This document shows positions 14,290 through 29,800 of a stretch of DNA of 64,000 nucleotides, piece by piece (the first letter of the stretch is position 1; every line of letters begins with the position of its first letter). Origin of the DNA: Laetmonice hystrix (taxonomy: Eukaryota); assembly GCA_965235115.1 (NCBI GenBank), contig OZ249436.1:16556001-16620000 (forward strand). The letters run 5' to 3'. The notes under the pieces are model-generated. The model was not told the origin of the DNA, ran no database searches, and was given only the letters and a program-made list of their open reading frames with translations. A program made the translations under genes and the position numbers.

Positions 14290-14667
14290 ACCACCAACTT
14301 TACAGCAAGATACTGTGAAAACTGGAAAAATGCACTAATGTACCGGGTATTCTACAGCAGTTAGAGTAATGTATCGTAAAAGTGTCACGCAGTATTTTAC
14401 TGTAAAAATACAGTAGGGTAATGTAGGCCTACGGCCGACTTTACCCTAACATACTGTGAAAACATTACGCTGTATTTTATTGTAAAAATACTGTACTGTA
14501 CTGGTGATTTTACAACAATTACAGTAACGTATTGTAAAGGCGTCACACTGTAAAAAAGCACAGCAATGTATATACAACTTTACAGTTATATACGTGAAAT
14601 CATTACACAGTATTTTACTGTAAAAATACAGTACTATACTGTCGAATTTACAGCTAAGTTTACAGTG
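14290..14667. mobile_element. Remnant of a CACTG-type (EnSpm) non-autonomous element
   Basis: Dense ACTGTAAA/TTTACAG subterminal-type motifs ending TTTACAGTG; partner end not defined. Confidence 0.4.
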
Positions 14668-15350
14668 TAGGCCTACAGTACGACGTTGTCGGAATTCGGC
14701 CAGGCGTCAGGCATGACTACGTCGACATCATGCTCGGCTACATCATGTTAGGTGGGAGTTGTTTACCGTGACTAGCAGGAGGGTATAGGTTCCGGTACGA
14801 TGAAACCGGCGAGCATGTCAACTCACCGCTGACATCATCGGATTCATGGCGCAATGTAAGTCACTTAATTAAGGTGCATTTCTACTTGAGCCATAATTCT
14901 GTAAGACGTCTCGAAGGGACTCTGAGAGAGGCTTATCCATACAGCCCTCGATAGGTCGGTACGGAAACGCATGACGACCGTCATCATGAGGACGTCGATA
15001 TGCACTGTTAAATCATCGCGCAGGATCATACTTGGGTAAGGCACACATGGAGTTGATCAACATAGAGTTTCGACAACAGTTCGGGACCACCTTGCTTTCA
15101 CCTTATAGTCAGCAGGGTAGAAGTTACATCAACACATACACATATAGATCAAGCAATGCAAAGGCGCCATTAAACGGCCACCAAAAAACGTATGATATAT
15201 ATGGTGGGGGGGGGGGGGGTCCTTCCCCTCTGTGTCCTAAATCAGTTAGCGGAACCCCTTGGTTTGATCGTATGCATGGTAGCTATAGCCTTGTCCTTAC
15301 AGATGTCCAATCTGTCCCACTTCCTGGTGTACCGACCCCAACATGACGAG

Positions 15351-17736
15351 ATGGTGACTGCTGCCTTTCTCTTCATCACACTCTTCCCGCTCGCCACATC
15401 AGACAAACTCATTGAGTTACTTAGTGGTAAGAACAAGGAATATGTGTAATTTAAACTGCAAAGCTAGTCGTTTATCTAGTCAGATCGAAGTATTTATCCC
15501 AGCCAAACTATGTATACTGCATGGTACATAGGATATGTATTCAGAAAGAGGTTGTAGTATACACACTGTATATCACATACACTTTGTGCTCCATACTTGT
15601 AAAAAGTCTGAGCCAATAAATTGAACTTGAACTTGGACTCAAAATTGAAGACGGCGAGCCGTTCACCCCGCTCGCCACATCAGGCGGTCAGCCGTTCACC
15701 CCGCTCGCCACATCAGGCGGTCAGCCGTTCACCCCGCTCGCCACATCAGGCGGTCAGCCGTTCACCCCGCACGCCACATCAGGCGGTCAGCCGTTTACAT
15801 GGCACGCCAAATCAGAGCCCAAATTAGGCGGTAAGTCGGTCGTTGTGGCGATTTAGTTTTGGCAGGACATCTCATATTGCAGTCACAAACTGGGTCTGTC
15901 TGACCTTAAAATGGGTCTATTCTCCCGATCGTTTAACGTACTGTAACAGGCCCGTACGAGACTTTTCAAAAAGGGGGTGCCATGACTTAGAATTTTGAAA
16001 AATGTGAAGATCACGTGACGCCTTAATCGGGAATTCCCTTCCAGTTCAAATGGGGGGTGGGGGCACGCGACGGAATGCTGTCAAACTCTGTTTAATTGAT
16101 ATGTTGCATCTGTTTGACATTGAAAGGGTTCTTTGGGATATTTGGGAACATGCAAAGAGTAATACGAAATATTGCTTTAAAGCTGCTGCCCCACGAATTT
16201 CAAGTAATACCCGGCCTTTCACCAAAAGTATGTCTACATTGTGCTTCTCAGATATCATCCATATTTTTTAATATGAGATAAAGTACGATGTAAAAGTGAA
16301 ACAAGAGATAGAAGTTACCCAATCCTATTTGATGAGAATGAAGATTACTTATCGAGTTCCCGAGGCCCTGTATTTCAAGCTGGCTGTTTGAACTGTTTTT
16401 CTACGAAAGTATTAAAGACGCACATTACAGCGAAAGTCATTTGACAATGAGACTCGTTCCGTCCCCCCCACCCCTCTCTCCCTCACACACACCCCTCCCC
16501 ACCCCCACACACGAGTAGGCTCCTCGGCGACCCATAAAAATACTAGGAATCTTATAGGGTATTACAGTACACGTAATACCATACCGTATAGTTAGTTTTC
16601 TCCCACAGTGAATGTTCCTTGTAGAAATTCTACTCAGCTTTCACAGATATAGATAGACGTTAGTAACACTGATAGGTAGTATAGATTTGCAATGCTCGTG
16701 TATTCGGAGATGTCAATGAAAGTATATTTTGGGACTGTCTGATGATCCTTGAGTTTGTCTTTAAGTCATTTTTCTTTTTATATCTTGCACAGTCCTGTTG
16801 CTTCATCCACAAGGTAAGTCGACTTCAATTTCAAACAATGCAGCAGGTATTTGTTTTTCTTTCTTGTCACTGCAAATCTATAACATTGTGTTGAATACTC
16901 ACAGTGTCTCGCTCACGACTATATCCGACATAACCATGGTAACACATATGTTGGTAAGCAGACTACACACATATGTTCTTTGTAACATTTCGTGAAATGT
17001 CAACCTTGGTTTTCTACAAAGTCCTTAAGCCTATTCTACACGAACAAGTTGTCATTGACAAGTCTTCATCGACGAGAAAAAAGTGCCCGTATAGAAAGGG
17101 AAAAGTAACCAATTTTCCTCGTAGATTCCCACTCGTTAAAAAAGCCGTTTTTGCTAGCTTTTTAACACCAAGTGAACGAGGAAACTTGGCCATGGGAGAG
17201 GAAACTCTGCTGGTAATCTACACAGGCCCATCACTCGTGAATAAAGAATTAGCAAGGAAAAATTTGTTCGTGTAGAATCGGCTTTATGCATATTTACAGC
17301 CCTAGCTACATTCTGTCTGTATGCAACGTACCATAGTCACGCTGATATAGGAATTACACGCTCATTGTTGATGGAATCGCCTTTGACCAAATATCGTTGT
17401 GAGTGTGTCATACTGATGTAGAGTTGGTTTTCTAAAGGTAATTACAGACCGTTCGGGGAACCCCTACTCGCCACATGTAGAGTCGATTCGGAAGAGTGGA
17501 GCTCTCCTAACATTTCCTTCGTCTATAAGGACACAACACTGGGTGCACGCTACGTTCGTCTGCTCAATGAAAGCGCCGCGTTCCTCAAGTACCCGACGGA
17601 CGCTGACACGCCACCTAAAGGAATACTGTCCTGCTGGCTAAACAACACGACGAAAGTTTTCGCCATGTATCTCCACTTTGGGTGTGAGTTCCTACTGCTA
17701 CTGCCTACTGAGAGCGAGAGAGAGAGAGAGAGAGAG

Positions 17737-17809
<73 letters not shown>

Positions 17810-20800
17810 CAGAAAGACAGAGAGAGAGCGGGAGAGAAAGCGGGGGAGAGATGCAAGTTACAGTCCCCAATTACTGTCTACTGTGTGTAGAAGCATCAAG
17901 GACACATGTTAAGAGGGGGCGGGGAGAAAGTGGAAAGTGTTAGCACGATCATGATGGGGTTGGAGCTGTATCCACGGAATGCCAATAATGTCCTCTCTAA
18001 TCTGCCCCAGACCGACCGCACCCGGTCGACAATCTGACTGCGTCACTCCGGCAGACGGAAACCGAGGAGACCTTCAGGATCACCTGGCAGCAACAGAGGA
18101 ACTTGAGGTTAACGACTGGCAGCCAGGTTTTCTGGACCAGGTGAGGGAAATCCTGGGGCGCGGACAGTCAGGCCATCAGGTGATGGGGACCAAGGGACAG
18201 GGACAGTCAGGCCATCAGGTGATGGGGACCAAGGGACAGGGACAGCCAGCTAGGCCATCGTGTAAGAGGGACCAAGGGACAGGGACAGTCAAGCCATCAG
18301 GTGATGGGGACCAAGGGACAGGGACAGTCAGGCCATCAGGCGATTGGGGGTCAGGGACAATCAGGCCATCAGGTGAGGGGGACCAAGGGACAGGGACAGT
18401 CAGGCCATCAGGTGATTGGGGGTCAGGGACAGTCAGGCCATCAGGTGAGGGGGACCAAGGGACAGGGACAGTCAGGCCATCAGGTGATTGGGGGTCAGGG
18501 ACAGTCAGGCCATCAGGTGAGGGGGACCAAGGGACAGGGACAGTCAGGCCATCAGGTGAGGGGGACCAAGGGACAGGGACAGTCAGGCCATCAGGTGATT
18601 GGGGGTCAGGGACAGTCAGGCCGTCAGGTGAGGGGGACCAAGGGACAGGGACAGTCAGGCCATCAGGTGAGGGGGACCAAGGGACAGGGACAGTCAGGCC
18701 ATCAGGTGATAGGGGGACAGGGACAGTCAGGCCATCAGGTGAGAGGGACCAAGGGACAGGGACAATCAGTCCATCATGTATTCGATTAAATACATGTGTA
18801 ATGCACGTATCGAAGCCTGTCTGTACGTACAACAGTTCAGGTAATCGATTAGATGGATACAGGTGTCTTGAACGCATCCAAGCTGGGGTGTACATACAAT
18901 TTAACTTACCGCTCAGGTATGTATCGAAGTATGACCTATTGCTTTGTAAATCAACTGCAAATTTTGTCATTCGTTGTCAGACGGCATCAACACGCAGGCT
19001 CTGCAGTCTGTCCACGTTAACTTGAGGCCGGAGCGGGGTCCAATGGGGGACGGGGGGGGGGGGGACCCGTCATTCAAACCAGTGTGTACAGGTTCAGTGA
19101 CAGTGGCCGGCAGCTGGCTGACTGTGGTCAAACCATGTGCTGCCCCCTACACGTGGGTAGTCTCCAGCATCCAGCTCACTCATTGGCCGGCAGCTGGCAG
19201 TCAACAAAGCTGCCCTTGCATATCATGAATATACATTGGGCTCAAGTTAACGTGGACAGACTGTGTACACTCAACCCATATGGGGTGAGCATCGACGGCA
19301 TCTGACCCACAGAAAATGATAATTGACCATGTCGGCATGTAGTCGTATGCAAACATTCAGTCTGTTGCCGTAGAAAAATGTCTCAAGTAATCAGAAACTA
19401 AGTACGAGAAAAACAAGTATTTCAACGTCAGTCATTTTTGGTTTACTGATGGTTGAATCAAATGTGTAAATCTCCTAATTATGACCTAATGTATTACATA
19501 AATTACCACTGTTCATTGAAATTATAAAGATATTTAAATCCAGTAGATGTTTGTCATCAACAAATTTACATTATTAATTTTCACACACTGCTTTATTCAA
19601 ATAACTACTGCTGCCAAATGCAGCCGCTAAAATGTTCATGGTTCCAAGAGTGGATGTTGAATTGTTCCACAGGAAGGTAAACGGCCATGTGAGGAAGCAG
19701 AGACTTCACTGTCCACGGGGGCCCGCGAGATCCGCCCACGGCGTCACGGAGGGCACGTGCTCGCAGACCGTGACGTACCGTTCTAACCAATTAAGGCGTC
19801 GGCAACCTAACGACAGCATCACCATAACTATCGTCTCAGACAATACTCTTGGTAGTCACAACACGACACAACGCTTTTATATCAGAGACATCGGTACGTT
19901 GGCAAGGGAAAAGATGAGGTTATGCAGTTGGCACTTTTCGTGAGATATAGTCTACAAAAATATATTTGACTTCCAGCGTTCCCAGGACCTGTGAGGAGCC
20001 CCCTTGTGTTGCCAGACATGCGAACTGCCGACGTGTCTTGGAGAAGTTCACTTGGAAATACAATCGTTGTCTACAGCCTGAGACATAACTGCACGGCCGA
20101 CGGGTCAACCCAAGTAGGTGGGACCAGTGGGAGGGGGACGGCCGACGGGTCAACCCAAGTAGGTGGGACCAGTGGGAGGGGGACGGCCGACGGGTCAACC
20201 CAAGTAGACGTGGGACCAGTGGGAGGGGGACGGCCGACGGGTCAACCCAAGTAGGTGGGACCAGTGGGAGGGGGACGGCCGACGGGTCAACCCAAGTAGA
20301 CGTGGGACCAGTGGGAGGGGGACGGCCATTTCCGGCTTACTTTGCTTTCAGGAACTATACTAGGACAGCGAAAGTGTAGAAATTCTACGGTCATATGCCG
20401 GGAATCTGCCGGATATGTGGTGTGCCCTCTGATCCGGCCGATTGAAAATTTAGTGCATATAAACAAGTTTTCTCAAAGGATCGTTCGTGTAGACAATGAC
20501 TTTTTGTCTGTTCGTGCATAACGTTACTATTTCTACCCTGGAGGAGAGGTTCACCCTGGAGGAGAGGTTCACCCTGGATTCCCTGCAGCCTGGAGTGAGG
20601 TGCCGTGTCTCCATTCGGTGCCGGTTTCCAACCAATGGCCACTGGTCCCCCGCAGTGGCTCGAGTCTTCACAACCAAGGATGCAGGTGGGTACCGCAAAA
20701 CTGCCACTGAATGGTGCAATTGCCAATCCAGGGGATTTAAAACAAAATACAAACATGTATTGCCATCCAAAATTGACATTTTCCCTATATTTCCCCTAAA

Positions 20801-23800
20801 TGCTGTCAACTTCAAGCAGAAACGATATCATAGGTAATACCTGCCTTTTAGCCGGAAAAGGAACGATAATCTTGACATATTCACATGAATTCGTCAGTTG
20901 TGCACCGTCAATCCGTTCTTGCGCACTTAGACGCCAGTTGAACTGGGACTAGGAACGGACGGGGGAATTCCCTGATGTCACGTGACGCGCACCTGTCACT
21001 TGAGGTTCTCAGTCGATACTTAGCTGTAACCGACAATATGACGACCCTTCTTAATACTAGGCCTGTATAGTATGAGTACCGACTAAATTGTTCACCCTGA
21101 TGCCATGTTCAAATCGGATATTACCCATGTACAGACCAAACAACCAACGTCTCACCTGCCTAGTAGAAGGATCTCAGCAAGCCCGGCATTACCATTGCCA
21201 TTGGGTCGCAACTTGAACAACTTTAGTTCACATGTCGTCCCTTGTTTACATTTCAAGCACCTGTTGGGGAACCCCCCCCCCCCCCCACACACACCTTCCG
21301 CGTGGGGCGTGAGCCTGAGAATGCACAAGATAAGAAGTGATGACGTTACCGTCGGGTTGTAAACAGGTCGACTTTCGGCGAGCCGCCGTAATTCGCGAGG
21401 CAAAAGAGTCCCAAGTTGCCACTCAAAGGTCTCCGTTATTATTCTCCGGGTATCAGGCCAGTTCCTTGTTAAATAAGTTTAAATGATATCGTTCGGGTTA
21501 GACAGAACCAGTTAGGGATTCTCAAAGTGCGTGCACCTATCCTGCTTTTAATAGCTCTGAGATCCTCTAAATCTGCTGCAGCATGGTGCAGTTGGCGATC
21601 AAGGCGATTTATAAGGCTCCGCGATCCCCTAAAACTGCCGCAGCATGGTGTCATACCATGAACACTAACTCAATCTTTTTGTGTAGGAAACGTGGTTTAT
21701 TCCAGGTAAATAGGCCCGGCCATGTCAGTAGGCTACTTCCCGTTGCGAACTGCAAACAGGCACACCGCTAGCATGTCTGTCTGTCTCTCTCTCCTTCTGT
21801 GTCTATGTGTCTGTGTTAGTATGTATATATAGGGAGGCTCAGTTGCCCTCTCAGAGTTAATTCTTTGAAGTGCCGGTCTATCGGCTGATAGGCCCGACCA
21901 ATCATATTGGCTTGTGGCCACCTCTATTGTCCAGTTTGTATTAAATATCTTATCAGTGTCCTTTAATAATTGATTAGGCACATTGAGTTGGCACATAATG
22001 GCCCGATGATATACTTGGACTTACTACTGATATGTGGCTTACAGTGGTGCGTAACGTTTATATCTCCTATTACAACTTATCATTTAGTTCACATGTCGTC
22101 CTTTGTTCATAGGATAATACGTACAGGCGATAGAGATAGGCATTACATATCTCCATCTGATATTGTTTATCACCTTTATTGGATAGACTTCTGAATTGTT
22201 AATATACACTACTGGGAATTAATGTTTTACTATTATAACACAACCACCATTGTTACACAATGGTGCCTTTGACGATCCAGGCGATTTATAGGGCTCCGAG
22301 ATCCCCTAAAACTGCTGCTGCATGGTGCAGTCAGTGATCAAGGGGATTAAATCGTAACATTTTTGTTCCTGACTGGAAGGATGTAGCGAGTCTGCAGCCA
22401 AACTAAACGAATTGTAACAAGTTTTGGTCGGGGATGAGGTCCAAAAGTGTAGATCAAATTTCCGTGATGTTATGTTATTTCAAAGGCCAAATTTTTTTTT
22501 ACCAATTTTTACTATTTTAACCAATCAGGAAAAATTTAAGGGATCGCGTGCGGCAATGCTCTGACGCCACATAGGCGCAGTACAGAAAGCTAGCACATAG
22601 AATCACGTGACGGGGGTACTTACGCGCTGTAGCATTCACATCACAGGCGATTACGGACAATCGCCCCCCGCCTCCACCGTTTTCCTTCGCTGAAACCAAT
22701 AGGCCTAGTTCTACATCGAATGTCAATTCCTTCCGATTTTCCTAAAACTCCTCAAACGCTTTCAATGTCAAACAGAAACGATATAAAAACGATAATCTGG
22801 ACAAATTAACATGAACTCGTCAGTCGTGCTTCGTCGACCTGTTGGACGCCATTTGAACTGGAACTACATTCTCACGTTCGGGTCCTTTTGGCAATTCTTC
22901 GGCCGTCCGTAGAAAGTTCGGTCGTAGTCTGGAAACAGACTCTGGTCCGGCACTGCAATTTTTGAGATGTAGTTTGAAAATGGCACTATTTTTAGACGTT
23001 ATGGCCTATTTATTTGAAATTTGTACCACAGACCCCAATTAACCAGATGATAAAAATTGTAGAAGTTATAGTCAAAAAAAGAGAGTTCCAGTTCCCCCTC
23101 CCTCCCCCATATACACACAATGTACAATGTAGATCTAGGTATATATTATGTAGGTTAGATTGTCCACTCCTTTAAAGTCTCGTCTCACAATGTACCCATT
23201 TATGTTTCCTGTCAGTACCAACGGCATTGCCACTAGTGACCCCTGGTGGATTTGAAGTGCAGAAAGGTCAACAGACAGCGACGAGGGATGTAACATTGTA
23301 TTGGCGGGTAAGTGTGGAGTGAGTGAGAGTGATTTTGTTTATGCAGCACATGCGTAACCCAGCTACTTTCAGAATGTCCGGGAAGAGAAAAGTTGTATAG
23401 TGAGTGGGTGGGTGAGTAAGTGAGTGTTTCCTTTTCGAGCAGATAGAGGGATCTCCATTGTGCATGGGCACCAGACGTTTCATTGGGCATCAGGCGTTGC
23501 ATGGACATCGGTTAGCACTCTAAAATTGGGGACGCGAAAGTTCCGTTGTAACGGGTATAGGCCTACTTATTTTGCCCGGATTAACTGCAGATGATCTAAT
23601 TGGCGCTTTTTAGTCTATTAACAACCAATTGCATGGGGACTAAACTACTAACCCTATGCCTAACCTTAACCCTAACCCAAACATATTGTTTCGTGTGGGT
23701 AATTAGTTAATTTACATAAAATATACTCCCGGTAAAAATAGGTGTACATACCCGTTACAACGGAACTTTCGCGTCCCCAAAAGAGTGCTAACCCAAAAGA

Positions 23801-26800
23801 GTGCTAAACCCATGGACATCACCGTAAACACTCGTTCTCTCACTCATTCACTCACCTATCAGGCGCGGTTCGGGGTCGAACCCCCTCCTTCGCCCCCCCC
23901 CCCCCCATTGGGCCCCAAAGTGCCCTTCTAACTTTTGCAGGCGCGGATCTAAGGGCAAGGGGGGGGGGGGTGCAGGGGCGCGCGCTCTTTTTTGGAGAAG
24001 TGACAAAACATATTAGTAGGCTAGGCCTTTAGAAATGCTTTGAGAAACGTTTGCATTCCGTCACCATTTCTATCTCCAGATGCCGGGAAATAGCGTTTTT
24101 TGCCTACTAAATTCAAATATTTGTCTGGTGCCAAGACCCTCCTTTACAGATGTCCGGCTTTTGGCGCTCGATGGCCTCCACCCTTTGCCATGCTGTATCC
24201 TAGCTTATCCTCGCCTGTTCTGTAGGTAGGTGCCCTTTGAGAAGACCCTGGCCCCCACCCTTCAGGAAATCCTGAATGCGCGCCTGCCTATGATGCCCAC
24301 CCGTAAATACTCGTTCACTCACTCATTCATTCACCAATGATGTCCACTCGTAAACATTCGTTCACTCACTCATTCATTCATATGATGTCCACCCATAAAC
24401 ATTCGTTCACTGACTCATTCATTCATATGATGTCCACCCGTAAACATTCGTTCACTCACTCATTCACTCCCATATGATGTCCACCCGTAAATACTCGTGT
24501 ACTCACTCATTCATTCACTTATGATGTCCACCTGTAAACACTCGTTTACTCACTCATTCATTCACCTATGATGTCCACCCGTAAACACTCGTTCACTCAC
24601 TCATTCACTCACCTCCCAGTAAACACAAAACGTTCGCAATACCTTCCAAAACGTTTCGCGAAAGTGTTATAAAGGTTTTGTAGTACATAGACGTCTCAAA
24701 GCGGTGTTGCAAACGTTGTGATGGCATAATTTAGTAAAACGTTGTAGGTATATTCATACAATATGTTTTGAAAATGTTTTACAAGTGCCACCTGTGTGCA
24801 AGACGTTTTAGAAAGGTTTTAATAGTACGAACTTAGTAAAACGTTGTAAATGTATTTTGCAAGTATGATTTAAAGATATTGTATTATGCTAACAAGAAAA
24901 CGTTTTGCAAGACTGTTAAAAAAGGTCACACAAACGTCGTAAGAATCCAATTTGTAGAGACGTTGTAGGGCTGTTTTACGAATATGTTGTAAAGATATTT
25001 TCATGTGCTTCAAACAAAACGTTTTTTATAGCTGTTGCAATTGGGTTTACAAACGTTTTGATATCACCAATCCTACCAATCGTTGTTGAAACGTTTTAAC
25101 AATATGTTTTGAAAATGTTGTCATATTGTACCAACACAACCTTGAAACACCCTAGTTGAAAGAGGTTTTACAAACGTTATGCTGGCATAATTACCTATAA
25201 CGTCGTGAAAACGTTTCTAAAATATGTTGTAAAGATAGTTCTCTCTGCTACTGACAAAACGCGTCGTGACACTGTTATGGAGAGGTTTTAGAAACGTTGT
25301 AATGACACAATTCGGTGAGATGTTGCGAGGATGTTGTCTAAATAGGTTGTAAAGATACTGGAATATGCTATCAACAAAACGTTACCTGTAGCTGTTAATA
25401 TTGGTTTTACAAACGTTGTGATAATAGCAGTGCTGTAACACGTTGTCAGCACGTTTTTACCAGATGTTTGGAGAATGTTTCCTTAGGATAACAACATTAT
25501 GGTGAAAACACGCTGTTAACAAGAGGTTTTAGAAACGTTATTATAATACAATTTCCTATGACGTCGTGAAAACGTTTCTCAAATATATTGTAAAGATAGT
25601 TTTCTCTGCTACTGACAAAATGCGTCGTGACACTGTCATGGAGAGGTTTTAGAAACGTTGCAATGACACAATTCGGTGAGACGTTGCGAGGATGTTGTCT
25701 AAATAGGTTGTAAAGATGCTGGAATATGCTATCAACAAAACGTTACCTGTAGCTGTTAATATTGGTTTTACAAACGTTGTGATAATAGCAGTGCTGTAAC
25801 ACGTTGTCAGCACGTTTTTACCAGATGTTTGGAGAATGTTTCCTTAGGATAACAACATTATGGTGAAAACACGCTGTTAACAAGAGGTTTTAGAAACGTT
25901 ATTATAACACAATTTCCTATGTCGTTGTGAAAAAGTTTTCCAGAAATGTTGTAAAGATAGTTTTCTCTGCTACTGACAAAACGTGTTATGCCACTGTTAT
26001 GGAGAGGTTTTGCAAATGCACATGCAGTACGTGAGATTCCCCACATGTGGCTTCAACGTGACAGAATCACGAGTAGGCTACTACACGAGGACTTGCCACG
26101 TGCAAATTACGTGAAGAACTGGCATAGGGACCAGGGGCGGGTTGCACTAACGGTCATACAGGTTAGGACTGAATTTAGGACCAGTCCTACTGAGTGTCAT
26201 GCCCCCCAAGCACTTCATATCTGAGTTTCAATAGCCCTTGAGATATAAAAGTTGACGAATTACATTTAAATTATGGATATTGGCCTCTGTTGAATTAATG
26301 TAGGACTGGTCCTAAATTCAGTCCTAATCCGTAGGACCGTTAGTGCAACCCGCCCCAGGTCCACAGTTCCCGCTGGCCGTTACCAAAAGTGAATGTGAAC
26401 GGAATAGGCGTATATATACGAGTAACGACGTAAACAGAATACAAGCAAAGATTCATATATAGATCGTTGATACAAGTGCTCTGCGTAGGCCTACTGAATG
26501 GGCCTATAATATTAGGCCCTGCCGGCCTTCATATGATGAGCTGGTGCCCGTTTAACCGTGATGATCTCGTATGGCATTTTCCTCGTAAAGTAGCATATTG
26601 GACCGACGGCAAATTTACGAGGATTATTCAATAGACAATTCACAGATTTTCAATAGGGCCTAGGGGAAGGTGGGGTAAAATGTCCCGGCAATGTGGTCAT
26701 TATGGCCCACTCCATTATAAATCTGAGCTGTTAGGTGCTGCCATCTAGCGGTGACTATATGTACTGTTAGCCTATGCGATGTAGAGATACGTCTTGGAAC

Positions 26801-29800
26801 ATGCCATCCCGACCATGATCCCGACGACGTCAGTTTTTCCAGCGCCATACAAATGAACAAAGTCAAAAAGTGACGTCTCTGATGTAAGGTAAGTATGGCA
26901 GATTAGATATGTCATCACTGCACTTGTTCACCGCGCCATGAACCCTGGGAGAGAATGAGTGGGAAGATCAAAATGTTTCTAAGACGTTGTCAAAAGATGC
27001 CGCCTATTTTGGGTTAGCCCCGTACCTGTATTTTCGTACCCAGCGGAAATTGACAGAATCTTAGCTTAGAAGTAATTTAACAGTATAGAAAATAAATGAT
27101 GATGACCTACACAATTTTCATCCTATTGTTTTAACGTTTCTACTAGGGGTAGGACAAGAATCAGCATGTTATTCATACGAAACTTTGTTTACACCGCTAC
27201 AGTCACTCTGACTCCAACCGCCAGATCTAACGGTAACGCAAAGAACGTCACACGACGTTGGATGTACTACTACTAGGCCTCACTCCTTGTTATAAAATTT
27301 ACATTCTGGGACGAGTATTGCAAGGTAAGTTTGACTACTATAGCCAGCCCTTGCCCTTGGCCTCGCCCTAGTGTCGTGAGGCTAGTCCTACTGTACTGAC
27401 CATGTTGACTAGATAGATATTTTAGGCCTACTCTGTCTCTAGCCTAGTTATTTATAGGGCAGGCTACCGATGGCGGATTTTTGGCGCCTGCCTGCCGGGG
27501 CCAGGGTAGACAGGAAGACAGTTTAATAATTATAATAATATTTTAATAGTGTCTGTCGACTCTGGTGTCGGCGGGGCCATCACCACTACCACCAGGGATC
27601 CTGCCATGATGTGTCATCAGGAGGCAGCTCGGTGGGGCGTAGACAAACTTCACAAAGTAGATCTAAATTAGACTAGCAATAGCATTTGTTTTAGTCTTGG
27701 TCGACTCTTGGGTTTGTTTTGGCCAGGGTCGTGACTTGAGGGTGCGGATGTCGACGGGTTCGGTGATAACTGGGTGGAACGTCTCGGGTGCGGAGGTGAC
27801 AAAGGTGTGATAGCCCAGGCCCGGAGGCTGGGGGGGTTACTTGGGTTACTCGTAACCTACCCGCAGAGCCAGCCAAGGTCCGCCTAGTCAAGATAAAAAG
27901 GTCTGCCCATGCAGGGGCGTGGAACCGATTTTTCAGTTGGGGGAGGGGGCACAAATATGCCCCGCCAATTGAAAAGATGCATGGTTGTTAGGCCTCCAAT
28001 TTTTCATTTTTTTCTGGGGGAACATGTCCCGGACCCCAGATGCAGACCCCCCTAGCACGCCCATGTTCAATATGACCTGACCAGGGGCAGAACTGCACTG
28101 CCACTGGTATGTCAGAAGGGGCGAGAACCACCCGGGGGGGGGGGTACTTCCCAATCTAATCTTCCTTGTATACTGTGCCTGAGTAATTGCTCTCAGATTT
28201 CTGAAACGGCCAAAATGCCCCCAGAATGCACCATTTCACTCCTAGTTTTAAAAAAATTCCTGCCGGGGGGAGCATGCCCCCGGACCACCCTACAAACGCT
28301 TCGTGCCTAGGCCTCAGTATGGTGCTCCCTACAGTGGCTTTTGCTGCTGCATTTCACATTCTTAAACGTTGGAACCACTGGTATTGGAAACCAGTTTCAA
28401 TATCAGTGCATGGTCAAGAAACAGCTCTGGATCCATCCCATGCAAATTTATGGAACTCATTTCACTATAAGCAGTGCACCCCCCTCTCGCCCCATGTGCC
28501 CTTTTCTCTCCCCCTCAAGTGTCCTTTTTTATTTTTATGAAAGATATTTAAAATTTAAATGTCCAATTGTCTAGGCCTATTATAGCCCTAAAGGCTGGTC
28601 TATATCGTGTATTTGGCACTGTAATTTAAATTTTTTTCTGGGGGAGGGCCCCCAGACCCCCCCCCCCCCCTTCATGGCTTCGCGCCTTCGGCGCTCGCTG
28701 GGGGACATCCCCTTTACCAAATTCAATGGATTTGCCCTTGACTGCCCCCACACTCAGACATTTCTAACTACGGCCCTGTTAATATGTGCATAGGTCTATA
28801 GGCCTATGCCACTTTTATTTGACTGTTTAGGCTATACTCACTGGGAGGGGGGGGAGTGCCCTTTTTCCATAGCACCCCCCCCCCCCCCGTTTTGAAAATC
28901 ATGGATCCGCCCCTGATACGTAACCCACCCATTTTCAGATCAGCCTACGGGCCTGTAGCCTAGGCCTAGGTTACCCTGCTTGGCATAAATTTTCAAAATT
29001 CAAGATGGCGGCCAATTAGATGGCTGCTTTTGACTGTCTTTGAACCCTAGATCTCTCTACATGATAGATACTCACTAGATACTCACTATGTTGTGGGTAC
29101 TGGGTATGCTCCGTGCCAAAATCTCAATGAAAGACCCCCTTTTTGAAGATATGACAACGATAATGATCTCCATAGAAGACCCCCTTTTTGAGATTTGTGT
29201 TCTAGGAAAGACCCACGCTACATCTGAACCTGCCGCGGAGCACCCCTAGCAAGCTTTATAAAGAGTACCCCCTGGGGGGGGGGCTATGGCAAAAGAGCAT
29301 TTTTGCAAACCGACACCCCTTTCCCCCCCAATGAGTACGGGATTTTCAAGATGGAGGGGGGGGGGTGCTATGGAAAAAGGCCCTAAGCAGGGTAGGCACC
29401 TAGCAGATACTTTGGAGACCCACAAAGGCAGGCCGTGGAGGTTATTGCAGAACAAATAGAACTAACGTATGCTCATTTAAATTTAAAAAAAAGAAAAACC
29501 GTGAAAATCAAAAAAAAAAGTGCACTTTGGGTAAGATCAGATGAAAAAAGGGCACTTGGGGCGAGATAAAATCAAAAACAGGGCACTTGGGGTGAGATAA
29601 AATCGAAAAAGGGCACTTGGGGTAAGATAAGCTCCAAAAAGGGCACTTGGGGTGAGATGGGGGGGGGGGGGGTGCGAAACCCCTGGATCCGCCACTGCCT
29701 CCAACCTATAGTCATGATCTCAGTGTTTTACATGATGGGGTTTTGAATGTCTGGGAATCTAATTATATTGTGTTTAAGTTTAATAACTAACAATAATTTA

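Noticed and set aside
17979..19025. 348-aa Gly-rich ORF
   Set aside because: Mostly intronic minisatellite; the real exon 18011-18140 is in another frame.
19092..19284. Candidate extra receptor exon (RFSDSGRQ...NPYG)
   Set aside because: Weak acceptor, ends in phase 0 while the next exon needs phase 2; the domain is complete without it.
23655..23680. Telomeric repeat (CCTAAC-like)
   Set aside because: Only ~3 imperfect units inside a MITE.
26660..26720. TIR-like start TAGGGGAAGGTGGGGTAAAATG of another nested element
   Set aside because: No matching opposite end or TSD found.
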